DNA from: Octopus sinensis | Taxonomy: Eukaryota | Length of the DNA stretch: 64,000 nt | Direction: 5' to 3' | Assembly (NCBI RefSeq): GCF_006345805.1 | Contig: NC_043020.1 | Span: 2,232,001-2,296,000 of the forward strand | Part shown: piece by piece, positions 26,296 to 38,407 of the stretch | Numbering within the stretch: the stretch's first letter is position 1 | Layout: each line of letters opens with the position of its first letter | Made by a program: the position numbers and the translations under genes | Notes under the pieces: model-generated | Database searches by the model: none | Told to the model about the DNA's origin: nothing | What the model saw: the letters and a program-made list of their open reading frames with translations, nothing else

Positions 26296-26298
<3 letters not shown>
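26115..26298 (+). mobile_element. Penelope-like short repeat with hammerhead-like motif (copy 3)
   Basis: TCTTT-CTGTAGA-A-GAGC-GTAG-GCTC-GAAA-CGTA-AAAGA at 26168-26205; flanked by (TA)n. Confidence 0.65.
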
Positions 26299-26329
<31 letters not shown>

Positions 26330-26332
<3 letters not shown>

Positions 26333-26437
26333 GTTCGTCCTTCGGGTTCGAAGATGACCATTGACATCATTTGGTGGAATAGCTGGTATGAGACCGGAGG
26401 TGGCTGGTGAGGCCTATCCGGGCAAGAAAGCCCCTCC

Positions 26438-26441
<4 letters not shown>
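26330..26441 (-). mobile_element. RTE-clade LINE extreme 3' end inside (TA)n
   Basis: CGRGFLARIGLTSHLRSH is the RTE/BovB-type C-terminal zinc-finger motif, followed by a 3' end ATGGTCATCTTCGAACCCGAAGGACGAAC. Confidence 0.8.
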
Positions 26442-26471
<30 letters not shown>

Positions 26472-26963
26472 GCATGTACCATGAGTAATTACAGTGGGTA
26501 GGCACTTGGTGAAGTTTATCAAGTAAAGCATACAAAAAAAAAAGCAGAACATAGGCACATGACTAAGTTATAGGTAGATTTCCTTCTGTCTTTACAGCGC
26601 GTAAAGAAAACCGTTGTTGTAGGAATGCACGCAGCATGTGTGCTACGGCAGTTCTATGCATAGCTTCAATATTGAGACTGAAAGGCAGGGGCAAATTATG
26701 CCTACCAAATCTACAAAAATATAAAATATTTTGATATTTCATGCAGAGTAATCAGAGTAACCTTCACAATTTTATTGAATTAGGTGCATATTCTGCCATC
26801 GTGTTTACAAGTGATGGTGCACGTGATTTGAGTGCAGGTGAAAGTGATTCAGAAAACGATTGTAATATTTTTTATTATAAATGATCTTGACAGTCGTTTT
26901 ACTTTACATAAAATATTCTTTACATTCTGCCGTTGTTTTATTACCATTTATGAATATCATAAA

Positions 26964-27298
26964 CTAGTGCATGCATATACAGCTGCGTGCGTGCGTGCGC
27001 ACATACACGCGAGTACTGTCCAAATCTCCGACCAATCACATACTGCTAGCTGGCATTCAATTGGCGTATCAAGTTTCGGGCATTTTGATAGAAAATTCAG
27101 AAAAAAGTCACTTCTGTTGATTTTTTCAATGGCTTTGCGGGGTGACTGGGGAAATGTAAAGATGTGCACGACCATCCTTGGACGGTTTTGAATGACCATA
27201 GAATGTGCGAGCCCTCTAACTGAAAAAATTGTGGATTTGTATAAAGGATATACACACACACACACACAAAGATATTTTGCCGTTTATATATATAGAGA
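26964..27298 (-). mobile_element. Non-autonomous Helitron-like element (335 bp)
   Basis: Minus strand A|TCTCTATATATATAAACGGC...GCATGCACTAG|T: 5' TC, 3' CTAG, inserted between A and T, with an imperfect GC-rich hairpin near the 3' end. Confidence 0.7.
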
Positions 27299-27674
27299 TG
27301 ATTTTGACATTCTTTTTACTTTACATAAAATATTCTTTACATTCTGCCGCTGTTTTATTGCCATTTATGAATATCATAAATTTTATAGGTAAAATATTTT
27401 TCTGGGAACGAATTACAATTTATAACATTACTACTATGGGAAATTATTGCTCTGCTTTACGAGTTATTACTTCATGAGTGGTCTCCAGGAACAAATTAAA
27501 TCATATATCAAGGCGCTACCATATTACATCTGACAGAATAATCTGAATGCTAAAGGGTTAAAATTGCTGGCCTTGTACAAAAATTTGAAAACATTATTTA
27601 TTCATTAATCTTTAATGAAAGAAAAGGAACCTAGACTTGCAGAAAATAATTAGAAGGATTATTCTTATTCTTTT

Positions 27675-28088
27675 ATACCTTTACTTGTTTTAGTCATTAG
27701 ACTGTGGCCATACTGGGGCACCGCCTTGTAGGATTTTAGTAGAATGGACAGGACATTTCATAAACAGAACAAGAAAGCATCTTTCTATTTCTGTCTACCA
27801 AATCCACTGACAGGGCTTTGGTCGCTCAAGACTGTAGTAGAAAACACTTGCCCAAGGTGCCAAGCAATGGGACTGAACTTGGAACTGTGTGGCTGGGAAG
27901 CAAACTTCTCACCACAGAGCCACAACAATTCCTTGTATGTATATATATATATATATATAAAAGAGGCTTCTTTCAGTTTCCATCTACCAAATCCACAGCC
28001 CAAGACACTTGCCCAAGGTTCCATGCAGTGGGATTGAACCCAGAACCATAGCGTTGAGGAGCAGACTTCTTACCACACAGCCATGCCT
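27675..28088 (-). mobile_element. SINE family A with partial internal duplication of the head
   Basis: Two head/CORE-like segments (about 27780-27925 and 27960-28088). Confidence 0.75.
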
Positions 28089-28671
28089 TTTTACATTATA
28101 AGAACTTTGATATTTCAAGACAATTGAAGTAAGTTATTTTTTTAGTGGAAGTTAAAAAGATAAAGCTATAATTAATAACATGTAGAAAATGGATTTAAAA
28201 AAGTTTTTTTTAAAAACTTAGAATAGTCTTTGAGTTTTACCATCCAAAGAGTTTTTTAACCCAATATTCTCTATATTATTTATAGTTTTATCTACTTTGA
28301 GTTCACCCGCAGAACATAATTTGGAGCAGTATTTCAGTGTCACCTGTACATACCGAATATCTAAAAGACATCAGGATTTATTGATTCTGAGGAGGAGTGG
28401 GGTTATTACATGGCCAATCACTGCATCGATGCTTTCGTTAGTGAACTGGAAGGATTAAAAAACAAGCAAAAAAAAATAAATATTGATTTATCTTTCTTTT
28501 CCTTGTTTCAGTCAGTGGACTCAGGCTGCGCTAAGGCATGGTCTTTGAGGGTTTGGATCGAGCAAAATGAACACCAGTAGTCAATTTTTTTAAAGTCTGG
28601 AACTTATTCTATCGGCCTCTTTGGCCAAACAGCTATGTTACAGGGACATAAACAAACCAGCACAAGTTGTT

Positions 28672-29165
28672 AAGCATCATCATCATCATCATCGTTTAAT
28701 GTCCGTTTTCCATGCTAGCATGGGTTGGACGGTTCAAGTGGGGTCTGGGAAGCCAGTAGGCTGCACCAGGCCCAGACTGATCTGGCAGTGTTTCTACAGC
28801 TGGATGCTCTTCCTAACGCCAACCACTCCGTGAGCAACGGTAAGAACAAATACAACACAAACACACACACACACACACACTTTTCTCTCTATATATAAAA
28901 ATACATATCCTCCTCCTCCTCCTCATCCTCCTCCTTATCCTCCTCATCATCATCGTTTAATGTCCACTTTTCATGCTAGCAAGGGTTGGACGATTTTGAC
29001 TGAGGGCTGGCAAACCAGATGGCTGCACCAGGCTCCAATCTTGATCTGGCAGAGTTTCTACAGCTGGATGCCCTTCCTAACGCCAACCACTCCGAGAGTG
29101 TAGTGGGTGCTTTTTGCATGCCACCGGCACGGGGGGCCAGTCAGGTGGTACAGGCAATGACCTCG
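28672..29165 (-). mobile_element. Two SINE 3' halves carrying a Meta-like domain and (GAT)n tails, with an intervening simple repeat
   Basis: GAGTGGTTGGCGTTAGGAAG(G/A)GCATCCAGCTGTAGAAAC...CATGCTAGCATGGAAAACGGACATTAAACGATGATG on the minus strand; the Meta-domain assignment is from memory. Confidence 0.65.
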
Positions 29166-29395
29166 CTCATTCATTGTCCATGCTGACATGGGATGGACAA
29201 TTTGACATTGCAGGGTACATGTGAGAGGCTGGATCTAGCCAGTTTAGATGCTAAAGAGTTAAACATATTTTAAACAAAATTTTCTCGACCAATGCTACAA
29301 TAAACAATATTTGTGAACTTTTGACAATAATCAAGAGGTGATAATCATTTAACACATTCTACAGCAAATGACTTAATCTCAGACTTTGTACTTAC

Positions 29396-29620
29396 TTGTC
29401 AAATTCTTTCCAGCTTTGCTCAGATTCAGATGCATCTACTTTGTCTTTAGCAAACGCTTTATCAGCAGATCTCTTTGGAGATGGTAATGTCCTGGAATCT
29501 TCCGTAGGTTTCTTGCAGTCGATGAGGCATTCTAGAACTTTTTCATGCATTGGTGATGTTTCTGAATAGCATCGGATCAAAGTTTCAAGTTCATTCCAAA
29601 ACTGGCGGTACTGTTCCTCC
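29396..29620 (-). CDS. INTS13: INTS13 coding exon, 225 bp, phase 2 to 2 (most 3' exon found)
   Basis: (R)EEQYRQFWNELETLIRCYSETSPMHEKVLECLIDCKKPTEDSRTLPSPKRSADKAFAKDKVDASESEQSWKEFD; human RDEQYRIMWNELETLVRAHINNSEKHQRVLECLMAC. Acceptor TTTTACCCCCAG, donor GTAAGT. Confidence 0.94.
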
Positions 29621-29847
29621 CTGGGGGTAAAACAAAAGAAAGAGTTTTGGTGATAAAGCTGACATGGAGCAGAGGGTGTGTGTCATGGAAGGAATGTGTA
29701 TGGAATGAGATAATTGGGAATGGCTTTTTGAATGCAGGTGATCTGGCGTGGCTGACTGGATGTTGATCTATTTTGGTGGCAGTACTTTTTGGCACTGAAG
29801 GCAAACACTCTCACACACAAGCAGAAAATATACATATACATAGGCAC

Positions 29848-30008
29848 TGGGGTGGCTGTGTGGTAAGAAGCTTGGTTCCCAACCACATGGTTTCGGGTTC
29901 AGTCTCACTGCATGGAACCTTAGGCAAGTGTTTTCTACTATAGCTTCGGGCCGACCAAAACCTTGTGAGTGGATTTGGTACACAGAAACTGAAAGAAGTT
30001 TGTTGTAA

Positions 30009-30095
<87 letters not shown>

Positions 30096-30275
30096 CATGT
30101 GTTCCCCAGTGTTGGTGTCTTCACATCTCCGTAACTTGACTGTTCGGAAAGAGACTGACAGAATAAGTACTAGACATAAGAAATAAATCCTGGGGTTGAT
30201 TTGTTTGACTGAAACCCTGCAAGGCGGTGCCCCAGCATGACTGCAGTCAAATGACTGAAACAAGTAAAGAAATAA
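29848..30275 (+). mobile_element. SINE family A, full length
   Basis: Head GGGGTGGCTGTGTGGTAAGAAG through tail GACTGAAACAAGTAAAGA. Confidence 0.85.
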
Positions 30276-30483
30276 TACAGAGAGAGAGAGAGAGAGGAGA
30301 ATGAGGAGGAGCAGAGAGAAAGATATTGCAGTTTCTTAATTGAACGATACTCAAACCACTGAGTTACACACCTTCATATATATATATATATATAGCAAAA
30401 TTTAGATTCAGATGAATATGGTACTTAAGTTAAAGGCACCAGAATTTAGTATGGTATTATCCATATAAATCAAATGGGGTGAT

Positions 30484-30696
30484 TATAGTCAAAATAAGCA
30501 ACAAGGATATCCAAGGTAGAGTGGTACAATTGTTTCATGCTACTTCATTTTATTAAACACTGTAAGTATTATATCAGTTTTAAAACTGATGTAATTTTAA
30601 AACTGGTGTAATACTTACAGTGTTTAATAAAATGAAGTAGCATGAAACGATTGTACCACTCTACCTTGGATATCCTTGTTGCTTATTTTGATTATA
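30484..30696. repeat. Near-perfect palindrome: 102-bp arms, 9-nt spacer, 4 mismatches
   Basis: 30484-30585 is the reverse complement of 30595-30696. Confidence 0.95.
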
Positions 30697-31015
30697 TATA
30701 TAGCTAAGTACAAAATGTGGGTAGGTAGGCATGCTTATGTCAAAGAGATTTATAAGCAAATGTCCGGGTAGAGATGCATGTGAAATATATGAGTGGAGAA
30801 AGGTTGAAAACGGGATGGTGATGAGAGCAGAGCAGAAAATGGAAGGGTGAGGACACGAGTCGATAAAGAGTTAAAGAGCAGTAAATAAGAATGAAGAATT
30901 TTGAAGACAGGAATCGATGGAGAGAAGATATGATGGCAGGGAACAGAGAGTTAACACATAAGAATCGATGATGTGGTGATATGGTATGAGATCAATCAGA
31001 GAGAGAGAGAATCTG

Positions 31016-31051
<36 letters not shown>

Positions 31052-31222
31052 GCTTGTATATACACAAACATATACACAGAGCAGTAGTGGAGAGATACAC
31101 AAATGTACATGAGTTGGCAAAGAGATAGATAGATGTGTGTATATATATATATATATATACACACACATACATACATATATATATAATACATACATATATA
31201 TATATATATACATACATATATA

Positions 31223-31266
<44 letters not shown>

Positions 31267-31330
31267 GACAAACTGATGAAGATAGATAGATAGATAGATA
31301 GATAGACAGACAGAGAGACAAACATATATA

Positions 31331-31365
<35 letters not shown>

Positions 31366-31420
31366 GACAAACTGATGAATAAACAGACAGGTAGATAGAC
31401 AGACAGACAGATAGATAGAC

Positions 31421-31457
<37 letters not shown>

Positions 31458-32475
31458 CAGACAACTAGACAGGCAAACAGAGAGATAGACAGATATATAT
31501 ATATATATATATATATGAAGAGAGACAGACAGACAGATATATAGAGAGAGATAGAGAGACCAACAACCAGATATATGAACAGAAACACGGTGATATATAT
31601 ATAGTAACAGAGAGAGAGAGAGAGCTAAATAGGTAAATAGCTAGTCCTAAAGATAGACAGATAGGTACGCAGGAAGATATATAGGTAGGTAAAAGGTAAC
31701 TAAGTAGATATCTAAACTACTATATTGAACAGCGAGCCAGTTCAATGATCTATCACTCAGCTACAAGTTACTTAAGATGGCAATCGATCGATCAATACGG
31801 AATTCGGAGTCCTGTAAGGAGGCAGCTCGGTAATATGACAACGGAATGCTGAAATCAGCGAAAAAGTGGAATTTAGTGAGCAAAGATGAGGAATAATACC
31901 GACAGCAGAAGCAGTAGTGGCGATGGTGGTGGTGGTGGTGGTGGCGGTGGTTGTGTTGGTAATGGTGGTGGTGGTAGTGGTAATCGTAGGTGGTAGTAGT
32001 GGTGGTGGTGGTGGTAGTGGTAATTGTAGAGGTGGTAGTGGTGGTGGTGGTGGTGGTAGTGGTAATTGTAGAAGTGGTAGTAGTGTGGTGGTGGTAGTGG
32101 TAATTGTAGAGGTGGTGGTGGTAGTGGTAATTGTAGAGGTGGTAGTAGTGGTGGTAGTGGTGGTGGTAGTAATAGTAGTACTGGTGGTGGTGGTGTTGGT
32201 TGTAGAAGCAGCAATGGTGGTTGTGGTGGTGGTGGTGGTGGTAGTTATTTAATTCCAGGCAATTCCTGACTGGACAGACTTTACAGATCAATGGCAACCC
32301 AGCTATGACCATCCCCCCCATTTTTGCGAATGTGGGACTACTACACTGCATTGCATTGTACCCAATGTGTCCATCCCATAATACTGACAAAAGCAGGATG
32401 TGTGATTTGAAGGAGATTTGACTGCTATTTCTTGCAGAGCAGGTCAAAATCACATAGAGGTTTCCCTATTATTAC

Positions 32476-32519
<44 letters not shown>

Positions 32520-32520
<1 letters not shown>

Positions 32521-32835
32521 TTTTAATCTGCGTGTTCATTACAATCACTTGCCAAGACACACCCAGCGTCCTGGGGCAAGTGAAGAATAAGAGATGTTAC
32601 ATTATGACTGAAAGCCTGGGGAGGGGAAGTAGTGAAATATCTTCATGTAATACAACACAGACAATTAAAAGGATAGGGTTTTTCTAAGGATGTGGGCAGA
32701 ACTTGTCAGTACAATCTTTTGGATTTCTCTGAGACATGGCTCTCCTGAGATCTTATCTAGATGTTTCTGACATCCCTTTTTAATCATACAAAAAGGGTAC
32801 CTAAAATAACAGGAACAGTTCTTGCTTTAAGAACG
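32520..32835 (-). mobile_element. R4/Dong 3'-end fragment ending in (TAA)n
   Basis: Minus strand ...GCQKHLDKISGEPCLREIQKIVLTSSAHILRKTL plus 3' UTR ending GCAGATTAAAAG-(TAA)n (32468-32519). Confidence 0.88.
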
Positions 32836-33074
32836 CCTACAAAACTCAGCATTGCTTGGCACTGCAAGAATTCTTTGCAGGGTTCTTGAAGCATGACCAG
32901 TAAATAAGTGTCACCTTAGTCTGCTGGCTGTGGACGGCTGACACTTTCCATCATACCCAGCAAATAAGTACCAGTTGAGTACTGGTGTAAATGTAATCAA
33001 CTTAGCCCCTTCCCTGAAATTATTAGCCTTGTGCCAAAATTTGCAACCAATATGCAAATTGGTCTATCCAGTAG

Positions 33075-33250
33075 TGAAGGCACATGGCTCAATGGTTAGA
33101 GCACCGGGCTCACAGCATGAGGTTGTGAGTTCAATTCTTGGACCGGGCTGTGTGCTGTGTTCTTGAACAAGATCCTTTATTTCACATTGCTCCAGTTCAC
33201 CCAGCTGTAAAAATGAGTTGCAACATCACTGGTACCAAGCTGTATCGGCC
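33075..33250 (+). mobile_element. SINE family D, 5' part
   Basis: GAAGGCACATGGCTCAATGGTTAGAG...GAGTTCAATTCTTGG...GTGTTCTTGAACAAGA. Confidence 0.75.
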
Positions 33251-34180
33251 CCGTTCGAAGGCTTCTGACATTGATAAACAGCTAGAAGTTAGTCCAAGAA
33301 TGTGTGTTACATATCTGCATAAGCTCTGGTATTATGGATGAGCAACTAGAAGAAAACCTCTCCTTCAACCAATTAATCTCATGAAAAGAAAGAAATGGGC
33401 GAAGGAGATGTCAGAAAAATCCAGTTCATATTGGGATAGAGTGATTTTCTCAGATGAATCCAGATTTGCATTATTTTCAGACAGTGGACGTGTTTGAGTT
33501 TGGAGGTTTCCCAATCAAGAATTTGATTTGAAATGACTCCAACCAACTGTGAAACATGGTGGTATCTCTGCAATGGTATGGGGAGCTGGCAGAAACGTTA
33601 GCACGCCGGGCAAAATGCTTAACAGTATTTCGTCTGCCGCTATGTTCTGAGTTCAAATTCCGCCGAGGTCGACTTTGCCTTTCATCCTTTCAGGGTCGAT
33701 AAATTAAGTACCAGTTACGCACTGGGGTCGATATAATCGACTTAATCCATTTGTCTGTCCTTGTTTGTCCCCTTTCTGTTTAGCCCCTTGTGGGTAGTAA
33801 AGAAATAGGTATGTGGAGCTATCACCAGCAATGGTCGTTCTGAGCTGATCAAATGTGTTGGAACCATAAACTCTGAAAGATACATCGAAATACTGAAACA
33901 AGGAATACTTCCGATGTATTCACATGATAACATAATGAAAAATGAGTTTTTATTCATGGAAGATGAAGTTCCATGCCACACAGCGAAAAGGAATCAACAA
34001 TGGCTGATTGAAAATGGGATCAAAAAGCTTCCTGGGCTGAGTCAATCTCCTGACATGAACCCAATTGAAAATCTTTGGAACATACTAGATAGAGCTATAT
34101 GGAAAACTCAACAGAAACCTAAAGCTAAAGATGAATTGTTTCAATTGGTGCATGAAAAGTGAGCAGAAATTCCACAAGTG
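33250..34180 (+). mobile_element. Disabled Tc1 (DD34E) transposase, interrupted by a SINE
   Basis: RRKPLL...WDRVIFSDESRF...[25 protein letters not shown]...FMEDEVPCH...SQSPDMNPIENLW; 34 residues counted between D and E; in-frame stops. Confidence 0.92.
33583..33807 (+). mobile_element. tRNA-derived SINE family B inserted in the Tc1 element
   Basis: GAGCTGGCAGAAACGTTAGC...GAGTTCAAATTCCGCC...AAAGAAATA; target-site duplication GGTATG(G/T)GGAGCT at 33575-33587 and 33808-33820. Confidence 0.88.
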
Positions 34181-34234
34181 TTGGTGATAGAAGTTGTAAT
34201 AGTGGTGTTGGTATTAATGATGGTAGTGGTGATG

Positions 34235-34271
<37 letters not shown>

Positions 34272-34792
34272 TAGTTTTGTTGTTGCAGTAGTGGTGGTAG
34301 TAGAAGTGATGGTGGTGGTGGTGGTGGTGGTGGTAGGGTTATTAGTAGTAGTGGTATGAGTAATGATAGTAGTAGTAGTAGTAGTAGTAATAGTAGTTGT
34401 TGTTGTTGCAGTAGTGGTGGTGACAGTAGTGGGGTTGGTTGCAGTAGTGGTGATAGTAGAAGTGATGGTGGTGGTGGGGTTAGTAGCAGTGGTGGTATGA
34501 GTAATGATAGTAGTAGTAGTAGGAGGAGGAGGAGGAAGGGGAAGCTATTCATGCCCCCACCCCTACCCCCCACCTCCCAAATCTTAAAAGTGATCACATA
34601 TTCTTTATTGACCTCTTGACTTTTTTCAAGATAACATTCACTCTGCACTAACAACCTACATTCATTCACAGGTCTGCACTTTTAGAAAAATACATGCAAT
34701 ACATATACATGCATTCATATACACATGCACACATAAATATATACACACAATAAATATATATATATACATATATATATAATATACATATATAC

Positions 34793-34839
<47 letters not shown>

Positions 34840-34861
34840 ACACACACATATATAGTATATA

Positions 34862-34898
<37 letters not shown>

Positions 34899-35714
34899 TA
34901 TATATGTATATATACAGTATATGCAGGTGTTGAGAAATATGGATGGTGCATGTGTGTGTGTCTCTCTCTATATATGTATGTATATATGTGTGTATATATA
35001 ATTGCATATGAATATATATGCATAAGGGGATCTATGTATATACTAAATATGTGTATATGCATGTATATATGTGTGTATGTATATATATATATATAAATGT
35101 GTATATATACCCATGTTTCTGTATATACATGTGTGCACGCATGCATGTATACACACGCATATATGTACATAAATATATATACTGAAGTGTATGAATACAC
35201 ACATTCCTATGTACATATGTGAGTATATATAGACATATATATATTACTATTTTTTAATATGTATATGTGTGTGTGTGTATGTGCATGTGTGTGTGTGTGT
35301 GTACATATCTAAAATCACACACACAAGTAAACAAACATACTTTAATAGAGTTGGAGTTCCAAATTACAGTTTCGTGGCTGCAGGACACATCATCAGGTAT
35401 TCGGAGACAGGGTGGAGAAAATTTAAAAGTAATTTCAAATAGCTTCTAGATATTTACGCATTCATTGGTCAATTCAGGTCACATGGTTTTCTCATGCTAC
35501 TGAAGCAGCATCAGGTATTCTATTTTATTAAGTCCACCTGTTGCAAACAGAATGGTAGCACCATGTTTCTGGCACTCTACTGATTAATATACGCAACAAC
35601 ACCACGACAGGGTAAGCAAGATTCCAACCTCAATCAGTCACTTAGTTATTGTTCTGTAGAGAGTGAATATTGAAACAAATACAGATGTGTATATATATAT
35701 ATATATATATATAT

Positions 35715-36030
35715 GGAGGCGCAATGGCCCAGTGGTTAGGGCAGTGGACTCGCGGTCGTAGGAGTGCGGTTTTGATTCCCAGACCGGGCGTTGTGAGTGT
35801 TTATTGAGCGAAAACACCTAAAGCTCCATGAGGCTCTGGCAGAGGGTGGTGGCAATCCCTGCTGTACTCTTTCGCCCCAACTTTCTCTCACTCTTTCTTC
35901 TGTTGGCCTACTCGCTTAGCCAGTGGGGTGGCACCATTTGAAGGCTAAAAGAATGCGAAGCACATTGTGACCAGCGATGTGTAGCAACATCTGATAGCCT
36001 GGTTGGTCACGGTGATCACGGTGATATATA
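35715..36030 (+). mobile_element. SINE family C, full length in (TA)n
   Basis: GGAGGCGCAATGGCCCAGTGGTTAGGG...GGTCACGGTGATCACGGTGATATA. Confidence 0.85.
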
Positions 36031-36209
36031 TATATATATATATACTTATATATATTTATATATATATATATATTATATATTATATTGTTATATTCGGAAT
36101 GGTCATATTGTCAGTTTAGCCAATAAAAAATCTTGCACAACAAATATTTAAACGTATATATATATATATATATATGATATATATATATATATGTATGTAT
36201 GTATATATA

Positions 36210-37402
36210 CAGGTGTGGTGAATAAATTGTCGTCTAAATGACGCAAAAATGAAAATAACACTGATATCTCATTTTAATGGATATATTTACCAAAATTACA
36301 TGAAAATATCTTGAAATACTAAAGAGTAAATTTATTCAATAAAATCGCCATTGGCTTCAACCACAGCCTCCAGATGACTTCAGAATCTTCTGCAACTCTT
36401 CTGGACAGTCTCCTTCTTTAAGTTGCTGAATGTTGCCATAATCCTTGCCTCCAGTTCATCTTTGGTGTCACAAAAACTTTTGTTGGTCTCTCACTCAACT
36501 GTGCCCCACATAATCAAGGGGGTTGCAGTCTGGGGAGTTAGGTGGCCAGATGATAGGGTCTTCCAGCATCCACTCTCTTGACCCAGGACAGCAATGCCTC
36601 CTCCAGGCAGTTGATGTAGGCCTCTGTGTTGAGTCTGAGGAAAGACGAATGGAGGCATAATGTGGCCATCACTAGTGATCACTCCAACCACCATGATGTT
36701 GACCGGATGTTTGGTTTTTATCATTCTTGGTAATGTTTTGGGGACACGGGAAGCCAACGGTTGTCCTTGTGTTCACCATCTGATCCTGACAGAAATTTTT
36801 CTTGTCTGAGAAAACCAAAGTATGTTTGGTTGGAGGGGATGCTTGAGTTTGTTTAAAAGCTTCATAGTGTGGTCTCCCTTCTTGTCCTTGATGGATTGGG
36901 ATAAAAACTGGCCCTTTCTCATCTTGTATGAGGAATACCAAATGCCTTCATGCACTACCTGCCTGATAAGAAACTCAGACACTCCCATATCCATGGCGAT
37001 GGGCCTGACTGACTTGGAGGGATCATTGTCAATCACGGCTTGGATCTCACCGACAAATTCAGGAGTTCTAATCAGAAGAATCAGAGTGAGTTTACCAAGT
37101 TGCTATACCTTCATAATGACCATTAGACCCATCCAGCTATTTCTGAACCCTCTGCACTGTCTTTAGATTGAGACCTAAACACTCTGAAATGTTTGTATTG
37201 GAGCTTCCAGCATGAATGCCAAGCAGTACACTATAATGTTTCCAAATTTCAGGCAGAGTGAATTGTGTCATTGTGCTGTCTTACTCACAGACGGTGCCCA
37301 ACTGACCCTACTATACTGTGTAGTTGACAAAATCAAAAACAAAGAATGTGCATGCATGAAATTAAAAATATAATATAGCAACAATTTACACATCATACCC
37401 TG
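36210..37402 (-). mobile_element. Defective maT-like (DDxD) Tc1/mariner transposon with both TIRs and TA flanks
   Basis: TIRs CAGGTGTGGTGAATAAATTGTCG and CAGGGTATGATGTGTAAATTGTTG. Frameshifted transposase: DPSKSVRPIAMDMGVSEFLIRQVVHE...SDKKNFCQDQMVN...KHPVNIMVVGVITSDGHIMPPF...WPPNSPDCNPLDY. The second catalytic D region is deleted, so DDxD spacing cannot be counted. Confidence 0.88.
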
Positions 37403-37755
37403 TATATATATACACACACATAAATCCACATACCCATACATACACAATTCTGTACATATGCATATATATACACATGCATACACACACATATATATGCATG
37501 CATATCAACACAGACATACATATACATTATATATGTGTAGGTGTGTGTATGTATAAACACACACATGTACATATATATATACACACACATGCATACGCAC
37601 ACACACACATACACTCAAACACATATATAGCCTTAGAGTCAAACACGTGTGGCACAGACTGTTTGACATATGCACACACAAACATCAAAGTACAACCAGT
37701 ACACAATAACACAGACAAAAATGCACACACACACGCACAACACAGGCACATGCAG

Positions 37756-37801
<46 letters not shown>

Positions 37802-37934
37802 ACACACACAAAGAGGCATGAAGGGGAAGGATGTCTATTAGAGGTGATATTCAGAGAAAACTTTTCAAAGTCTTACCTTGTCTGAATATAACCTTAATTG
37901 AGAGAAGTAAAGGTGTATTATGTCGGCAACAGTG

Positions 37935-38320
37935 GAGGATGATGGCAATGATGGTGATGATGATGAGGATATTGGTGATGGTGATGAAGATGATGGTGGT
38001 GATGATGATGAGGATGTTGGTGATGGTGATATTGATGATGGTGATGTTCGTGATGGTGATATTGATGATGATGATGATGATGAGGAAGATGATGATGATA
38101 GTGATGATGATGATGAAGATGATGACGATGGTGATGATGGTGAAGATGATGATGATGATGATGTTGTTGATGATGGTGATGATGATGAAGATGATGATGA
38201 CGGTGATGATGGTGGTGGCAATAGCAATGATGGGGATGATGAAGAAATTGATGACGGTGATGATTACGATGTTGATGATGACGATCACAACCATCATCAT
38301 CATCATCTTCATTATCACAG
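37935..38320. repeat. (GAT)n compound microsatellite
   Basis: Read directly from the sequence. Confidence 0.95.
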
Positions 38321-38407
38321 TCTTTGTCACCACCCTCCACCCCACCCCACCACTGCTATCCCACTCTCCACTCTTTCAACTGTTTTGCATAGACACGATA
38401 ATACACA

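Noticed and set aside
28230-28450. Candidate next INTS13 exon (acceptors CCTTCCAG at about 28445 and GTCTTTTAG at about 28360)
   Set aside because: The required phase-2 frame hits stops early and shows no INTS13 similarity; the longer open frame is in the wrong phase.
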